A stretch of 64,000 bases of DNA from the NCBI GenBank assembly GCA_963665275.2, contig CAXXIN010000009.1:1-64000 (forward strand), given 5' to 3'. Each line of letters starts with the position of its first letter. Position 1 is the stretch's first letter. The stretch is from Negativicutes bacterium (GTDB lineage Bacteria; Bacillota; Negativicutes; UBA1444). Made by a program: the position numbers and the translations under genes. Below are positions 39,042 through 49,353 of the stretch, piece after piece. The notes beneath the pieces are model-generated. The model made no database searches. It was not told the origin of the DNA and saw only the letters and a list, made by a program, of their open reading frames with translations.

Positions 39042-40370
39042 TTAGTCGATGACTTCCGCCATTCTGTCATAACAGAAACCCTGGGTTATTCGTATACAGA
39101 CAAATTCGCCTATAGAAACGTCACCGGCATTTTCAATATACACGGTGCCGTCAATATCCGGAGCCTCCCGTTCAGTGCGTCCAAACCCCAGACTGGGATC
39201 CTCTTCGTCGTGTCCTTCAATCAAAGCCTCATATTCTCTGCCCTCGGAAGCTTTGTTGATTTCTTCTGAAATGCCTGCCTGCACGGCCATCAAATCATTG
39301 AACCGTTCTTCCTTGATTTCTTCCGGTACTTGTTCGTCAAAGCCGGCGGCATCGGTGCCTTCCTCCGCCGAATACTGGAATACCCCGACGTGGTCGATGC
39401 GCTTCTCTTCGACAAACGTTCGAAGCTCCTGATAATGCGCCTCTGTTTCCCCCGGCAGTCCGACGATGAACGTCGTGCGAATCGCTATATCCGGCATCTG
39501 CAGTCGCAATTCGGCAATAAGCCTCTCGATATCGGCGCGTCGATCGGGTCGGCGCATGGCTCGCAGCAAATCGTCATGAACATGCTGCAGTGGAATATCC
39601 ACATACTTGCAAATTTTCGGTTCTGTCGCCATGAACGCGATCAGATCCGCCGTAAAATGTTTGGGGTAACTGTAAAGAATACGAATCCGGAAGTGACCCT
39701 CAACGGCAGTCAACGCCTGCAGCAACTCCAATAGCTTAGGCCGGCCATAAAGATCAATTCCGTAGCTTGTTGTATCCTGGGCAACGAGATTGATTTCCCG
39801 AACGCCGTCCGCTACCAATCCAGCGACTTCTTCCCGCAGCGACTCAATCGTCCTGCTGATGAGTGGACCGCGAATTTGCGGAATCGCACAAAAAGCGCAG
39901 GTGTGATTGCACCCTTCAGCTATTTTTACATAGGCCCAGTGAGCGGGGGTTGAAAGGATACGCGGCATGCCGGCCTCAGGTAAAATAGCGTGTCCTTCCG
40001 TAAAATTCGGCCGTTTTCCATCAAAAGCCGCCACAATGGCTTCCGGCAAACGGTTCCACGCTCCGGTTCCCACGATGGCGTCCAATTCCGGAAGCTCTCT
40101 CATCAAATCACCGCCATATCTCTGCCCCAGGCAGCCAGCCAAGATCAAAACTTTGCAGCAGCCTGATTTTTTATACTCCGATAGCTGCAACAACATATCA
40201 ATCGACTCTGTTTTCGCTGATTCTATAAAGCCGCAGGAGTTGACTACCAGCACTACCGCCTCTGCCGGATCATCTGTAGCTTCATAGCCATGTTCCCTCA
40301 ACAGCCCCAGCATCAATTCAGAGTCCACTAAATTTTTCGAGCACCCGAGACTGACCAATCCTATTTTCAC
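39042..40370 (-). CDS. rimO: Ribosomal protein S12 methylthiotransferase
   Basis: SLGCSKNLVDSE, NSCGFI, EGCNHTCAFC, APDIDG. Confidence 0.95.
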   Translation of the reverse strand: MKIGLVSLGCSKNLVDSELMLGLLREHGYEATDDPAEAVVLVVNSCGFIESAKTESIDMLLQLSEYKKSGCCKVLILAGCLGQRYGGDLMRELPELDAIVGTGAWNRLPEAIVAAFDGKRPNFTEGHAILPEAGMPRILSTPAHWAYVKIAEGCNHTCAFCAIPQIRGPLISRTIESLREEVAGLVADGVREINLVAQDTTSYGIDLYGRPKLLELLQALTAVEGHFRIRILYSYPKHFTADLIAFMATEPKICKYVDIPLQHVHDDLLRAMRRPDRRADIERLIAELRLQMPDIAIRTTFIVGLPGETEAHYQELRTFVEEKRIDHVGVFQYSAEEGTDAAGFDEQVPEEIKEERFNDLMAVQAGISEEINKASEGREYEALIEGHDEEDPSLGFGRTEREAPDIDGTVYIENAGDVSIGEFVCIRITQGFCYDRMAEVID

Positions 40371-40417
40371 AGTTCGTACTCCTTATCCATTGAAGTTCAA
40401 TATGCCAGTTTGATAAT

Positions 40418-42286
40418 TTAAGAGCGTCGTTTGGGTTTTGAACGTTGCCCTGCCGGAGCACTTTCCAGATTGCGACGCTCGGTCCGTTCAGGACGCAACA
40501 GGCATCCCGGGCCAAAACCGATCAAATCACCCCGCCCAGCTTTTCGCAGCGCCAGCGCCACCATTCGACGATTTTTGGGATGCCGGTACTGTAAAAGTGC
40601 GCGCTGAGTCTGGCGCTGTTCGGTAGATTTCGGCACTTCGATCGGACGTCCCGTCACGGGATGTATTCCTGTATAATACATTACTGTTGAAAGGCTACCG
40701 GGAGTGGGGATGAATTCCTGCACCTGTTCCGGGTGATAACCGATATCGCGCAGAAACTCCGCCAGCTCGATAGCATCCTCCAGCGAACTGCCAGGATGCG
40801 AACACATCAGGTAAGGTACCAGATATTGTTTCTTTCCCAACCGCTCATTCTCTCTTTTAAAAGCCGCCAAAAATTTCAGAAACACCTCTTTACCGGATTT
40901 CTGCATCGCTTCGATCACTGGACGAGACACATGTTCCGGCGCGACTTTTAGCTGTCCACTGACATGATGCTCACAAAGTTCGGACAGAAATTCCTGGTAC
41001 TTGCCGGCCATCAGATAATCGTAACGAATCCCCGATCGGATAAAAACTTTCTTGATGCCGGGCAGCGCACGCACTTCCCTGAGCAGACGCAAGTAATCCG
41101 AATGGTCGGTATCAAGATTAGGGCAAGGTTTGGGGTAAAGACATTGCCGTTCGCGGCAGGCCCCCTCCTTCATTTGTCTGGAACAGGCAGAGTGACGGAA
41201 ATTGGCGGTAGGTCCGCCCACGTCATGAATATAGCCTTTGAAACCCGGCAATCGCGTCAAGAGCTGCGCCTCCTGAAGGATGGATTTATGGCTCCGTTGC
41301 TGGATGATGCGCCCCTGGTGCGAACCGATCGCACAAAATGAGCAGGCGCCAAAACAACCGCGATGGCTGGTGATGCTGAACTGAACTTCTTCGATGGCCG
41401 GAACACCGCCCGCCGCATCATAGTCTGGATGCCAGGTTCGTTCATAAGGCAGTGAATAAACCCGGTCCATCTCCCGCGTTTCCAACGGCAACGCTGGTGG
41501 ATTTTGCACCAGATAGCGATCGCCCTGTTGCTGAACCACTGCATGACCTCGGATAGGATCCTGCTCCAAATACTGGACTTTGAAAGCCGCTGCGTAATCA
41601 CTCTTGCTCGATGTAACCTGATCATGGGAAGGAACTTCAATGAAGCCCGCAGGCAAATTCTCAATGCTTCCCACCAGAAAACAAGTTCCCCGTACATCGC
41701 GAATTTGCGCCACGGGAGTTCCCGTTGCCAATTTAGCAGTAATCTCCAGAACTTGCGTTTCACCCATCCCATAGACCAACAGATCAGCGCGGCTGTCAAC
41801 CAAAATGGACCGACGCACGGAATCGGACCAGTAATCATAATGGGAAAATCGTCTGAGGCTGGCTTCAATTCCGCCGATCACCACCGGTACATCAGGCCAG
41901 CATTCCCGAACCCGATTGGCGTACACAATTGTCGCGCGATCCGGACGTAGTCCAGCCTGTCCGCCAGGTGAATAAGCATCTTTGCTGCGAATTTTTTTCG
42001 CAGCCGTTAGCTTGTTCAACATGGAATCCATATTACCGGCAGAAATCAGCACCGCCAGACGAGGATGCCCCAGAGCCTTGAAATCATTCGTATCCCGCCA
42101 GTTGGGCTGAGCTATGATGCCGACCCGAAAGCCTGCTTTTTCAAGCAAGCGGCATATGATCGCCGGGCCGAAGCTGGGATGATCAACGTAGGCATCGCCG
42201 CTGATGAATAGAAAATCCAGCTCGTCCCATCCGCGATTCCGCATATCTTCACTTGATACTGGCAAAAATCCACCTTTGGTTTTCAC
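40418..42286 (-). CDS. YgiQ-family radical SAM protein
   Basis: GDAYVDHPSFG, RGCFGACSFC, DVGGPTAN, SGIRYD, LKVAPEH. Confidence 0.93.
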   Translation of the reverse strand: MKTKGGFLPVSSEDMRNRGWDELDFLFISGDAYVDHPSFGPAIICRLLEKAGFRVGIIAQPNWRDTNDFKALGHPRLAVLISAGNMDSMLNKLTAAKKIRSKDAYSPGGQAGLRPDRATIVYANRVRECWPDVPVVIGGIEASLRRFSHYDYWSDSVRRSILVDSRADLLVYGMGETQVLEITAKLATGTPVAQIRDVRGTCFLVGSIENLPAGFIEVPSHDQVTSSKSDYAAAFKVQYLEQDPIRGHAVVQQQGDRYLVQNPPALPLETREMDRVYSLPYERTWHPDYDAAGGVPAIEEVQFSITSHRGCFGACSFCAIGSHQGRIIQQRSHKSILQEAQLLTRLPGFKGYIHDVGGPTANFRHSACSRQMKEGACRERQCLYPKPCPNLDTDHSDYLRLLREVRALPGIKKVFIRSGIRYDYLMAGKYQEFLSELCEHHVSGQLKVAPEHVSRPVIEAMQKSGKEVFLKFLAAFKRENERLGKKQYLVPYLMCSHPGSSLEDAIELAEFLRDIGYHPEQVQEFIPTPGSLSTVMYYTGIHPVTGRPIEVPKSTEQRQTQRALLQYRHPKNRRMVALALRKAGRGDLIGFGPGCLLRPERTERRNLESAPAGQRSKPKRRS

Positions 42287-42287
42287 G

Positions 42288-43208
42288 TCAGCGGTTTCCT
42301 CCCGGAGCGCCTGGCACAGGAGGTGTAGAGGGTTGTGTCTTCGGTTCCGGAATCGCAGGTGCTGCTGGAATGGAGGGATTGACCGGAGGTTGGGCGGGCA
42401 GGGCCGGCGTTGTGGTCTCAGCTGGAGCTGCAGGAGCTACCGGAGTGGCGGCAAGGCCCTTGGCTGTGAATGTTTTCACGACGACATCCCCTCGCTCCCC
42501 AATTTTCCCCACCGGCTGCCCATTGAATGTTAGCTCGACTGCACCGGCATTGCCAAAATTTACAACGATCTGACGCTCTGCATCCCACGTAAGCGTTTCT
42601 CCATTTTGCGGAATCCCTTCATAAAGAGTTTTTCCATCCGCAATAACAGACGTCCAGCAACGATCAATGAATCGCGCAGATAAAACGACTGGTCGCGAAA
42701 TGCCCGGCGGCAAGGTTGCAGTCGCCCCGGCAGAAGAATTCGAGGCTGGAAAAGATGCGGCAGAAATAGGTTTGGCCTGCGTCCCTGGCTTTTCCTGTGC
42801 AGTAATATTTTTTTGCGGCTGAGCTTGTTGCCACGAATACAGACTCCAGGCTGAGAGTATCAGAATCACTGCCACAAGCAAGGTGCTGAGTGCCTTCTTG
42901 TTCAAAACTCGTTGGATTGAGTTGTCGGATTTCGTTTTGTGTGACGCCGGCGGAGCCGCCGGAGTTGGCGCTCCGGTTGTCAGTGAATTGCTGTAAAGCT
43001 GAACCAGATGCGCTCCGTCCAATTCAAGGTAGTTGCCATAGTTTCTTATAAAGCCTTTAACATATACTTCTCCCGGAAGGACTTCATATTTTCCCTGCTC
43101 AAGCGCCTGCAGATATACACCGCGAATTCCGGTCGCCTGCTCAGCGTCCACAATTTCCAGCCCCTTTTTACGCCTTTCGGTATATAGCATGTTGCCGATC
43201 GTATCCAT
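42288..43208 (-). CDS. rodZ: RodZ-like protein (HTH, TM, DUF4115) with Pro/Ala tail
   Basis: YLQALEQG, YVKGFIRNY, TM, CWTSV, GNAGAV. Confidence 0.88.
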   Translation of the reverse strand: MDTIGNMLYTERRKKGLEIVDAEQATGIRGVYLQALEQGKYEVLPGEVYVKGFIRNYGNYLELDGAHLVQLYSNSLTTGAPTPAAPPASHKTKSDNSIQRVLNKKALSTLLVAVILILSAWSLYSWQQAQPQKNITAQEKPGTQAKPISAASFPASNSSAGATATLPPGISRPVVLSARFIDRCWTSVIADGKTLYEGIPQNGETLTWDAERQIVVNFGNAGAVELTFNGQPVGKIGERGDVVVKTFTAKGLAATPVAPAAPAETTTPALPAQPPVNPSIPAAPAIPEPKTQPSTPPVPGAPGGNR

Positions 43209-43216
43209 AGTAATTT

Positions 43217-44266
43217 CTACCCCCTTTTGAGCCGGTCTATATAATGGGTGATCTCGTCAGCAGCCTGTTCAAGATCTTCGGCTTCCACCACCAACTCGAA
43301 TGAGTCAGGCGAGGCGGTTTCATACCCGTACAGAAGATCGTAGTAGTCGGTCAACAGAGTCTCCGTAAAAATGCTCAAGTTTCCAGTTTCATAATCCGTC
43401 ATAAGCTGTGTGACTTTCTTTTTGCCAAGTTTTTTGGTCAGAGATGTGATACTGCCGATAATTTCCGGATCATTCGGAGTCAATACGTCGGTATATTCGG
43501 CGATCAGACGTTCCACCCGTGTCGAAATACCCGCTTTTGTCAAGATTTTATGTCCGGACTGCATCGCCTGGTATAATACCTGGGGTAGATACACATTGCC
43601 AACCCGCTTACTTTCACATTCAACAAGTAGATACGGCTCCGAATTATAGTCTTCCAACAGTTGCAACAAGACTGCATCGAAATTTTGCGCAGTAGCAGAT
43701 TTTCCAAGTCCCACTTGCCCAAAAGCCGACCCGCGATGATTTGCCAGTTTCTCAAGGTCAATGACTGGATATCCTCGCTGGGCCAAAATTTGTAATAGAA
43801 TTGTTTTTCCAACCCCGGTGGATCCGCACAAAACGACCATCGTTGGCCGCAGGGGAAAATCCGCAAGTTTCGTCTGAACATAGCTGCGGTACGATTTATA
43901 TCCTCCAACAAGCTGTCTTCCCGTAATTCCCATCAATTCAAGGATTGTGAGCAACGATTTTGACCGCATACCGCCGCGCCAGCAATAGACTACCAGTACG
44001 GCTGATGGAGCTTCTGTCATCAGCGATGCGATTTTTTTCACCATGTCCGCCAACTTAAAGGAAACAATCTCCAGTCCTTTTTGCTTGGCTTCTTCCTGCC
44101 CTCGCTGCTTGTAAAGAGTTCCCACGACAGCGCGTTCATCGTCTTCCAGCAATGGTACGTTAACAGCGCCGGGAATATGCCCCTGTTCAAACTCGGCGGG
44201 TGAACGCGCATCAACTAAAACGCGAGCACCGAGGTTCAAGACTTCTTCAATTGAAATGACCTGCAT
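43217..44266 (-). CDS. mnmH: tRNA 2-selenouridine synthase
   Basis: Rhodanese DARSPAEF..GHIPGA, YCWRGGMRS; P-loop GSTGVGKT; HRGSAFG. Confidence 0.93.
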   Translation of the reverse strand: MQVISIEEVLNLGARVLVDARSPAEFEQGHIPGAVNVPLLEDDERAVVGTLYKQRGQEEAKQKGLEIVSFKLADMVKKIASLMTEAPSAVLVVYCWRGGMRSKSLLTILELMGITGRQLVGGYKSYRSYVQTKLADFPLRPTMVVLCGSTGVGKTILLQILAQRGYPVIDLEKLANHRGSAFGQVGLGKSATAQNFDAVLLQLLEDYNSEPYLLVECESKRVGNVYLPQVLYQAMQSGHKILTKAGISTRVERLIAEYTDVLTPNDPEIIGSITSLTKKLGKKKVTQLMTDYETGNLSIFTETLLTDYYDLLYGYETASPDSFELVVEAEDLEQAADEITHYIDRLKRG

Positions 44267-44275
44267 CAATATCCC

Positions 44276-46498
44276 CTATACTTTATCGTTTTTTTGGAAA
44301 TAGCGACTGTAAACCTGATCTGAATTCATAATAACTTCCCGCGGCTTACTACCGTTCGCAGCAGAAACAATCTGCATCTCTTGCATCATATCAACTAAAC
44401 GTGCGGCGCGCGTGTACCCGATACGAAATTTTCGCTGCAGAAGAGATACCGAAGCCTGCCCCGTTTCCAGAACCATTTTTACGGAATCCTCCAACAGGTC
44501 ATCTTCAAACCGCGCCGTTTGACTTTGGGTTATAGTTTCCTCGAACAAGGGTACTTCCGGTTCATCCGGCGTCGTACAAGCATTTTTGATATGGCTGACA
44601 AGGGTTTCAATCTCCGAATCCGAGATATAGGCGCCTTGCAGTCGAAGTGGTTTGTTGGCGCCAACGGGGTAATACAACATATCGCCCTTGCCAAGCAATT
44701 TTTCTGCTCCCGCCATATCCAGAATCGTACGCGAATCGATCTGCGACGAAACAGCAAACGAAATCCGGGAAGGTATGTTTGCCTTGATGGTACCGGTAAT
44801 CACATCGACCGACGGCCGCTGTGTCGCTATCACCAAATGGATCCCGGATGCACGAGCCATCTGAGCCAGCCGGCAGATGGAATCCTCAACGTCCACTGGA
44901 GCAACCATCATCAAGTCCGCGAGTTCATCGATGATTACAACAATCAGTGGGAGTTTTTCTTCCAAATTGACTTCATTATAGCGAGTCACATCGCGAACTC
45001 CGGCAGCCGCGAACAACGCATAACGTCGTTCCATTTCTTGCACGGCCCATTTCAGGGCTGACGCCGCTTTTTTGGGTTCGGTTACCACGGGCGCGACCAA
45101 ATGTGGAATGCCATTGTAATTCGACAATTCAACAACCTTGGGATCCACCAATAAAAATTTGACCTGATCCGGATGCGCTCGGAACAATATGCTCGATATC
45201 AAAATGTTGATGCAAATGCTTTTGCCTGAACCCGTAGCGCCGGCAACCAACAGATGCGGCATCTTGGCAAGATCCGCCATGATCGCCTGTCCGGCGATAT
45301 CCTTTCCGAGAGCTACCGTCAACAAAGATCCAGCGGATTGATATTCTTCGCTTTCCAACACTTCCCGCAACGATACTCCGAAGGTTTCCTTGTTCGGAAC
45401 TTCAATTCCGATGACTGATTTACCTGGGATTGGCGCTTCAATACGAATGCTCGGAGCCGCCAGTTTCAATGCGATGTCATCGGATAAACTCACAATTCGG
45501 CTGATTTTCACTCCTGGCGCCGGCTCCAATTCATACCTTGTAACCGATGGACCCTGTGTCGCATGGACAACTCTTGCCTGAATGCCGAAACTGTCAAGCG
45601 TATGTTCCAAGGTCCGCGCGTGTTCTTCTATCTGCTTGTCCAAGCGGACATTACGGTTGCCCGTCGTCTTCTTGAGCAGAGACAAAGGCGGCGGTTTATA
45701 TTTGGAGCTCGAATGAAGCGTCATAGTAGGTTGCGCGGCAACTGGCTGAACTACGTCACGCGACAACGAAGGCATTTCGATCTTGGACTCCGGCAACTCC
45801 ACAATCGAAGCCAGCGGAGTGTCAAGCGGCAGGGGCTGGACCCGATGAAGCGGCTCATCTTTTTCTTGGTTATAAAAGGAAGTTTTCAACGGCGGTCGCA
45901 AGGTTTCACTCTGCAAAATCGAAGGGGTCGTCTTGATATTTGAAGGTTGAACCTTGTCCTTTTCGCTGCAACGAGGTTTTCGCAGCCAGCACAACGCCCC
46001 ATTTTTTATTTTGTCAATGAAAACAGACAGGGAAAATTCTGTCGCAATCAGCAACGCACAAACAATCCAGGCCCATAGAAAAATCGTGGTCCCATCCATT
46101 GCAAAAAAGCGGCGCAATATAAGAATGGTGAAACCACCAGCCAGCCCCCCACCGCCCGGCAGCTGCTCGGGCAGGATCTCCTGCCCGACACCCACCCAAT
46201 AGTGATGGTACAACGCCAGGGAGGCGAGATACACAAGCAGATAGCCCACAAATCGGCGGGAAAAAACGATATGGGAATGAGCCGTTACATAACGCAATCC
46301 CACAATAAATAATATGATGGCAATCCCGGCCGCGCCGACACCAAATCCATAACGGAGCACTTTTGCAGAAAAGTACCCGACTCGGCCAACGCTAAAGTCC
46401 AATAAGCCGGCCGCCAGCAAAAGTGAAAGTGCAATAATGAGCACACCAGAAATTTCAAATTTTGTTCCAGCGGAAGGCGGCGATTCCTTTTTTGGCAA
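44276..46498 (-). CDS. ftsK: DNA translocase FtsK/SpoIIIE
   Basis: N-terminal TMs, GATGSGKS, IDELADLM, TQRPSVDV, gamma domain LQRKFRIGYTRAARL. Confidence 0.97.
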   Translation of the reverse strand: MPKKESPPSAGTKFEISGVLIIALSLLLAAGLLDFSVGRVGYFSAKVLRYGFGVGAAGIAIILFIVGLRYVTAHSHIVFSRRFVGYLLVYLASLALYHHYWVGVGQEILPEQLPGGGGLAGGFTILILRRFFAMDGTTIFLWAWIVCALLIATEFSLSVFIDKIKNGALCWLRKPRCSEKDKVQPSNIKTTPSILQSETLRPPLKTSFYNQEKDEPLHRVQPLPLDTPLASIVELPESKIEMPSLSRDVVQPVAAQPTMTLHSSSKYKPPPLSLLKKTTGNRNVRLDKQIEEHARTLEHTLDSFGIQARVVHATQGPSVTRYELEPAPGVKISRIVSLSDDIALKLAAPSIRIEAPIPGKSVIGIEVPNKETFGVSLREVLESEEYQSAGSLLTVALGKDIAGQAIMADLAKMPHLLVAGATGSGKSICINILISSILFRAHPDQVKFLLVDPKVVELSNYNGIPHLVAPVVTEPKKAASALKWAVQEMERRYALFAAAGVRDVTRYNEVNLEEKLPLIVVIIDELADLMMVAPVDVEDSICRLAQMARASGIHLVIATQRPSVDVITGTIKANIPSRISFAVSSQIDSRTILDMAGAEKLLGKGDMLYYPVGANKPLRLQGAYISDSEIETLVSHIKNACTTPDEPEVPLFEETITQSQTARFEDDLLEDSVKMVLETGQASVSLLQRKFRIGYTRAARLVDMMQEMQIVSAANGSKPREVIMNSDQVYSRYFQKNDKV

Positions 46499-46520
46499 TA
46501 AAATTCACCTCTATGCTGAT

Positions 46521-46545
46521 TTTCTACGCCAAACACAGAACTCCT
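46521..46545 (-). promoter_or_regulatory. Sigma-H-type promoter of the ftsK operon (variant -10)
   Basis: GCAGGA, AGGA-17 nt-GAAA. Confidence 0.5.
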
Positions 46546-46558
46546 GCCTAAGTGAAAG

Positions 46559-46583
46559 GGACCCGAGACAATGTCTCGGGTCC
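46559..46583 (-). terminator. Hairpin after rnj
   Basis: GGACCCGAGAC / GTCTCGGGTCC stem. Confidence 0.65.
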
Positions 46584-46586
46584 AGC

Positions 46587-48251
46587 TCAGACTTCCAGGA
46601 TGATCGGCATGATCATAGGGCGCCTGCGAGTCTTTTCGTACAGGAATTTCCCGAGGATATCCCGCACACTATTTTTTATCGTTCCCCAATCCGTTGAACC
46701 ATTAGCCTCGCATCGGTCCAGAGCTTCCTGTATTTTCATCCGGGCATCTTCCATCAATTTCTCCGATTCACGGACATAAACGAATCCGCGAGAAACGATT
46801 TCAGGGCCGGAAACGACACAGCCACTTGCCTTATCCATCGCAATCACAGCGATCAATATCCCATCCTGTGAAAGCTGGCGACGGTCCCTCATAACAATGT
46901 TGCCAATGTCGCCGACACCCAGACCATCTACGAGAACAGCCCCGGCGGTTACCTTCCCAGCCATCGCTCCAGATTCTGCAGTGAACTCCATTACGGACCC
47001 ATTATCGGCAATGAACACATTAGCCTTGGGGATCCCCAAATCCTGAGCGATTTTCGCATGCACCTTGAGCATTCTATATTCACCGTGAACAGGAATGAAA
47101 TAGGTCGGCCTGACAAGGTTCAGCATAAGCTTCAGTTCTTCCTGGCTACCATGACCTGAAACGTGAATTCCCGAAGAGGCTTCATATATAACATCAGCCC
47201 CTTGCCTGAAAAGATAGTCAACTGTGCGCGCGACCAACTTTTCATTCCCGGGAATCGGTGTTGCCGAGATCATTACCGTATCGCCGGGTACGATTTCAAC
47301 TTTCCGGTGATCAGACATCGCCATCCGAGTCAGAGCTGACATCGGCTCGCCTTGGCTGCCGGTGGTCAGAATAACGAGACGATTCGGCGGGTAGTTGTTG
47401 ATTTCCGAAATGTCTATCATCACACCGTCGGCTACCTTCAAATATCCCAGTTCAATGGCGATTCCAACGACATTGACCATGCTGCGGCCGATGATTGCAA
47501 CTTTTCGGCCATATTTGAATGCGGCATCAATGGCCTGTTGCAGGCGATGTACATTCGATGAAAAACTAGCGATAATGATCCGGCTTTGCGCAGACCGAAA
47601 CTTCTCGTCGAACGAAGCCCCAACAGATCGTTCGCTCTTGGTAAATCCCGGCCGCTCAGCGTTGGTACTGTCAGATAACATGACCAGCACTCCCTCGTCG
47701 CCAAGCTCGGCAAACCGGTTAAATCCGGTCACTTGACCATCCACGGGCGTATGGTCAATTTTAAAGTCACCAGTATGAAGCACTGTTCCTACCGGAGTTT
47801 TGATGTAAATGGCCACTGCATCAGCAATACTGTGATTGACGCGAATAAACCCGATGGTAAAGGGCCCGATTTTGAACTCGTCCCCCGGTTTAATCGGGTG
47901 AAGATCAGCAGTCGAAACGCCTTTCTCTTTCAAGCGACCCTGCAGAATCCCCAGAGCCAACGGGGTTCCATATACAGGAACCTCCAGTTCCTTGAGCACG
48001 AAAGGTAACGCGCCGATATGGTCTTCGTGACCATGCGTGATGAAGATCGCCCGAACCTTGTCCTTATTGTCGGACAGATACGAAAAATCAGGAATCACCA
48101 AGTCGATGCCCAACATATCGTCTTCCGGGAACATCAACCCGGCATCGATCACGATAATGTCGTCACCGTAACGGAATACGGTCATGTTTTTGCCGATTTC
48201 ACCCAGCCCGCCAAGCGGGATAATCTGCAATTTTTCAATTTGTTTGCCCAA
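46587..48251 (-). CDS. rnj: Ribonuclease J
   Basis: PLGGLGEIGKN, THGHEDHIG, HVSGH, PVHGE; TTG start after GGAGGTG. Confidence 0.96.
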   Translation of the reverse strand: MGKQIEKLQIIPLGGLGEIGKNMTVFRYGDDIIVIDAGLMFPEDDMLGIDLVIPDFSYLSDNKDKVRAIFITHGHEDHIGALPFVLKELEVPVYGTPLALGILQGRLKEKGVSTADLHPIKPGDEFKIGPFTIGFIRVNHSIADAVAIYIKTPVGTVLHTGDFKIDHTPVDGQVTGFNRFAELGDEGVLVMLSDSTNAERPGFTKSERSVGASFDEKFRSAQSRIIIASFSSNVHRLQQAIDAAFKYGRKVAIIGRSMVNVVGIAIELGYLKVADGVMIDISEINNYPPNRLVILTTGSQGEPMSALTRMAMSDHRKVEIVPGDTVMISATPIPGNEKLVARTVDYLFRQGADVIYEASSGIHVSGHGSQEELKLMLNLVRPTYFIPVHGEYRMLKVHAKIAQDLGIPKANVFIADNGSVMEFTAESGAMAGKVTAGAVLVDGLGVGDIGNIVMRDRRQLSQDGILIAVIAMDKASGCVVSGPEIVSRGFVYVRESEKLMEDARMKIQEALDRCEANGSTDWGTIKNSVRDILGKFLYEKTRRRPMIMPIILEV

Positions 48252-48424
48252 ACTTTCACCTCCAACTATTTTAATGCCGCGCACTGCATTCATAATATTA
48301 TAACTCAAAATCAAGTCGCCAACAACAGGGAAAGACTCCGCAAAACTTCGGATGTCAGGCTTCAAATAGACAAAGGCAGCCTTCCCTTGCGAGTTAGCTG
48401 CCTAAACTTTATTGAAGCTGGTAA

Positions 48425-49309
48425 TTACATCTTGATTTTCAGGCTTTGCATCACAGCGCGCAGTTGCTCTGTTTCCGCCTGATTCGCGGGAATCATTGGC
48501 GGACGGAAGCCGCCGCCAGCCAATCCCATCAGATTGACGGCAGTTTTGATCGGAATCGGATTGGTGGTAACGAAAATCACCTTGAAGAAAGGCATTAGTT
48601 CAATGTGAATTTGCTGGGCTTTTTTCACGTCACCCGCAAAATAGGCTTCAATCATCTCCTGCATTCGTTCCGCCACCACATGACCGGCAACGCTGATAAT
48701 GCCGCAGCCGCCCACTGACAGGATTGGCAGCGTCAGGCTGTCATCACCGCTATATACATGGAAGCCGGGCTTGGCTGTGCGAACGATTTCAGAAACCTGC
48801 TCCAAAACGCCACTGGCTTCCTTAACCGCAACGATGTTCGGAATTTCCGACAATCTGGCAATTGTCGGTGGCAAAATGTTGGAGGCAGTCCTGCCTGGGA
48901 CATTATAGAGAATGATTGGCAATTTTGTTTCAGCGGCAATCATTTTAAAATGTTGATAAAAGCCTTCCTGCGGCGGCTTATTATAATAAGGCCCTACAAG
49001 CATGGCGCCATGCACGCCCAATTTTTCGGCTTCCTGAGTTAATCGGATCGACGCCAGGGTATCATTGGATCCGGTACCGGCAATAACTGTCGCCTTGTCG
49101 CCAACGGCTTCCAAAACCGTACTGAACAACTTCAGTTTCTCTTCCGCACTCATTGTAGCGGATTCGCCGGTGCTGCCTGCAACTACCAATCCATCATTTC
49201 CATGGGCCACGAGGTGTTTGGCCAGCGCTGCCGCCGCCGTATAGTTCACGCTGTAATCAGAATTAAAAGGGGTGATCATTGCAGTCAATACTCTACCAAA
49301 ATTCTTCAT
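48425..49309 (-). CDS. dapA: 4-hydroxy-tetrahydrodipicolinate synthase
   Basis: GSTGES, PYYNKP, YNVPGRT, VKEASG. Confidence 0.96.
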   Translation of the reverse strand: MKNFGRVLTAMITPFNSDYSVNYTAAAALAKHLVAHGNDGLVVAGSTGESATMSAEEKLKLFSTVLEAVGDKATVIAGTGSNDTLASIRLTQEAEKLGVHGAMLVGPYYNKPPQEGFYQHFKMIAAETKLPIILYNVPGRTASNILPPTIARLSEIPNIVAVKEASGVLEQVSEIVRTAKPGFHVYSGDDSLTLPILSVGGCGIISVAGHVVAERMQEMIEAYFAGDVKKAQQIHIELMPFFKVIFVTTNPIPIKTAVNLMGLAGGGFRPPMIPANQAETEQLRAVMQSLKIKM

Positions 49310-49353
49310 TCTCTCTTCCTCCTATCATTTATATTGAGCAAATCCATTTTGAC

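Noticed and set aside
6426-42403. KOPS-like GGGNAGGG octamers (6426 and 42396, both on +)
   Set aside because: One points toward dif and one away; too few noticed by eye to claim polarity.
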